A stretch of DNA of 31,797 nt from a virus. The DNA lies in the IMG/VR virus record IMGVR_UViG_3300045988_073059, positions 1-31,797 of that record; one strand, given 5' to 3'. Positions 31,414-31,797 of this stretch are shown here, piece by piece. How positions within the stretch are numbered: the stretch's first letter is position 1; each line of letters opens with the position of its first letter. A program made the translations under genes and the position numbers. Under the pieces are notes generated by a model. The model saw only the letters and a list, made by a program, of their open reading frames with translations, was not told the origin of the DNA and searched no databases.

Positions 31414-31797
31414 TGTTGTTCCACTCTAATATTTGTGCACATGTAAAATTTATCTGCGTCGAAATATGGCATTGAGATAATCGCTGCCTTGCTCTCGTCG
31501 CTTAGGCTCTCCCACCATGCTTGACGGGCTGCTTTCTCGAGATATAAGAACCCGCCGGTAGTCTCATGTTCCGGATGTGCTGCCTTTTCGTCGTCTGTCA
31601 TATACTCGCTATATTTCCAGGTAAGACAGTCTGACGGTATACTGCAAAGCAAGCCATAAGCTCGCGATTGCCGGAAGTCATTAAAAGTGATGTCTGTTTG
31701 ATGATCAAAGAGACGAACTGTAGGTTCGGTTGTATTACAGTAGCCGGAGTTCCAGTTGCCGGAGTTACAGTTGCCGGAGTTCCAGTTGCCGGAGTTA
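31407..31797 (-). CDS. C-terminal part of the split NSGxx-repeat protein (continuation of 306..1)
   Basis: The frame is open from the window end. Translation: NSGNWNSGNCNSGNWNSGYCNTTEPTVRLFDHQTDITFNDFRQSRAYGLLCSIPSDCLTWKY...MPYFDADKFYMCTNIRVEQQC, then stop. The track started it artificially at TTG 31652. The joined protein would be about 214 aa. Confidence 0.75.
   Translation of the reverse strand, partial: NSGNWNSGNCNSGNWNSGYCNTTEPTVRLFDHQTDITFNDFRQSRAYGLLCSIPSDCLTWKYSEYMTDDEKAAHPEHETTGGFLYLEKAARQAWWESLSDESKAAIISMPYFDADKFYMCTNIRVEQQC
31746..31797. repeat. Terminal direct repeat, identical to 1..52
   Basis: Read directly. Confidence 0.95.

Larger units (their letters stand above)
1..31797. 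mobile_element. Complete temperate siphovirus-like phage genome (circular or circularly permuted contig, unit length about 31,745 bp)
   Basis: It has a full complement of lysogeny, replication, packaging, head, tail and lysis modules. An exact 52-nt overlap joins the two window ends. No host-type genes flank the integrase, and the attP-like region is internal. Confidence 0.85.

Overview
The window looks like a complete ~31.7 kb genome of a temperate siphovirus-type phage (no sheath gene) from a Gram-positive, sortase-bearing host. It is linearised inside a gene. Nt 1..52 are identical to nt 31746..31797, so the molecule closes into a circle of about 31,745 bp, and a minus-strand gene missed by the ORF track is split across the boundary. 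Almost everything is on the minus strand. Layout by plus coordinate: (1) early genes at 1..1371; (2) a Cro-like/CI-like switch at 1675..2675 with divergent overlapping promoters and a 19-bp operator; (3) an AT-rich cargo ORF behind the repressor; (4) tyrosine integrase and an AT-rich attP-like region with AGGACA repeats; (5) a two-gene cargo operon at 4954..5745 with its own near-consensus promoter; (6) the lysis cassette (GH25 endolysin, phi-LC3-type holin, membrane coiled-coil protein); (7) the tail module (fibre/receptor-binding candidates, Dit, tape measure, chaperones, major tail protein); (8) the head module (connectors, capsid, scaffold, MuF/gp7-like protein, portal, large terminase); (9) SANT/Myb-like small proteins; (10) the replication/recombination module (DnaB-like helicase, initiator with internal iterons, DUF669-like protein with an SSB-type tail, Sak4-like ATPase); (11) an LPXTG surface protein inside the early operon; (12) a PD-(D/E)xK resolvase-like nuclease and small Zn-ribbon proteins. 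I found no rRNA, tRNA, CRISPR array or reverse transcriptase. Best candidates for new biology: (a) an AT-rich C-terminal domain grafted onto the MuF protein, plus a coupled 77-aa ORF and a terminator, laid out like a polymorphic toxin/immunity cassette; (b) the post-lysin operon of an unknown gene plus an HTH gene, driven by an operator-bearing promoter (acr-aca-like or TA-like); (c) the repressor-coupled AT-rich ORF; (d) the phage-borne sortase substrate flanked by repeated AT-rich motifs; (e) an apparent small/large terminase fusion with a deviant Walker A. All family names come from motif recognition by eye. No database search or structure prediction was run.
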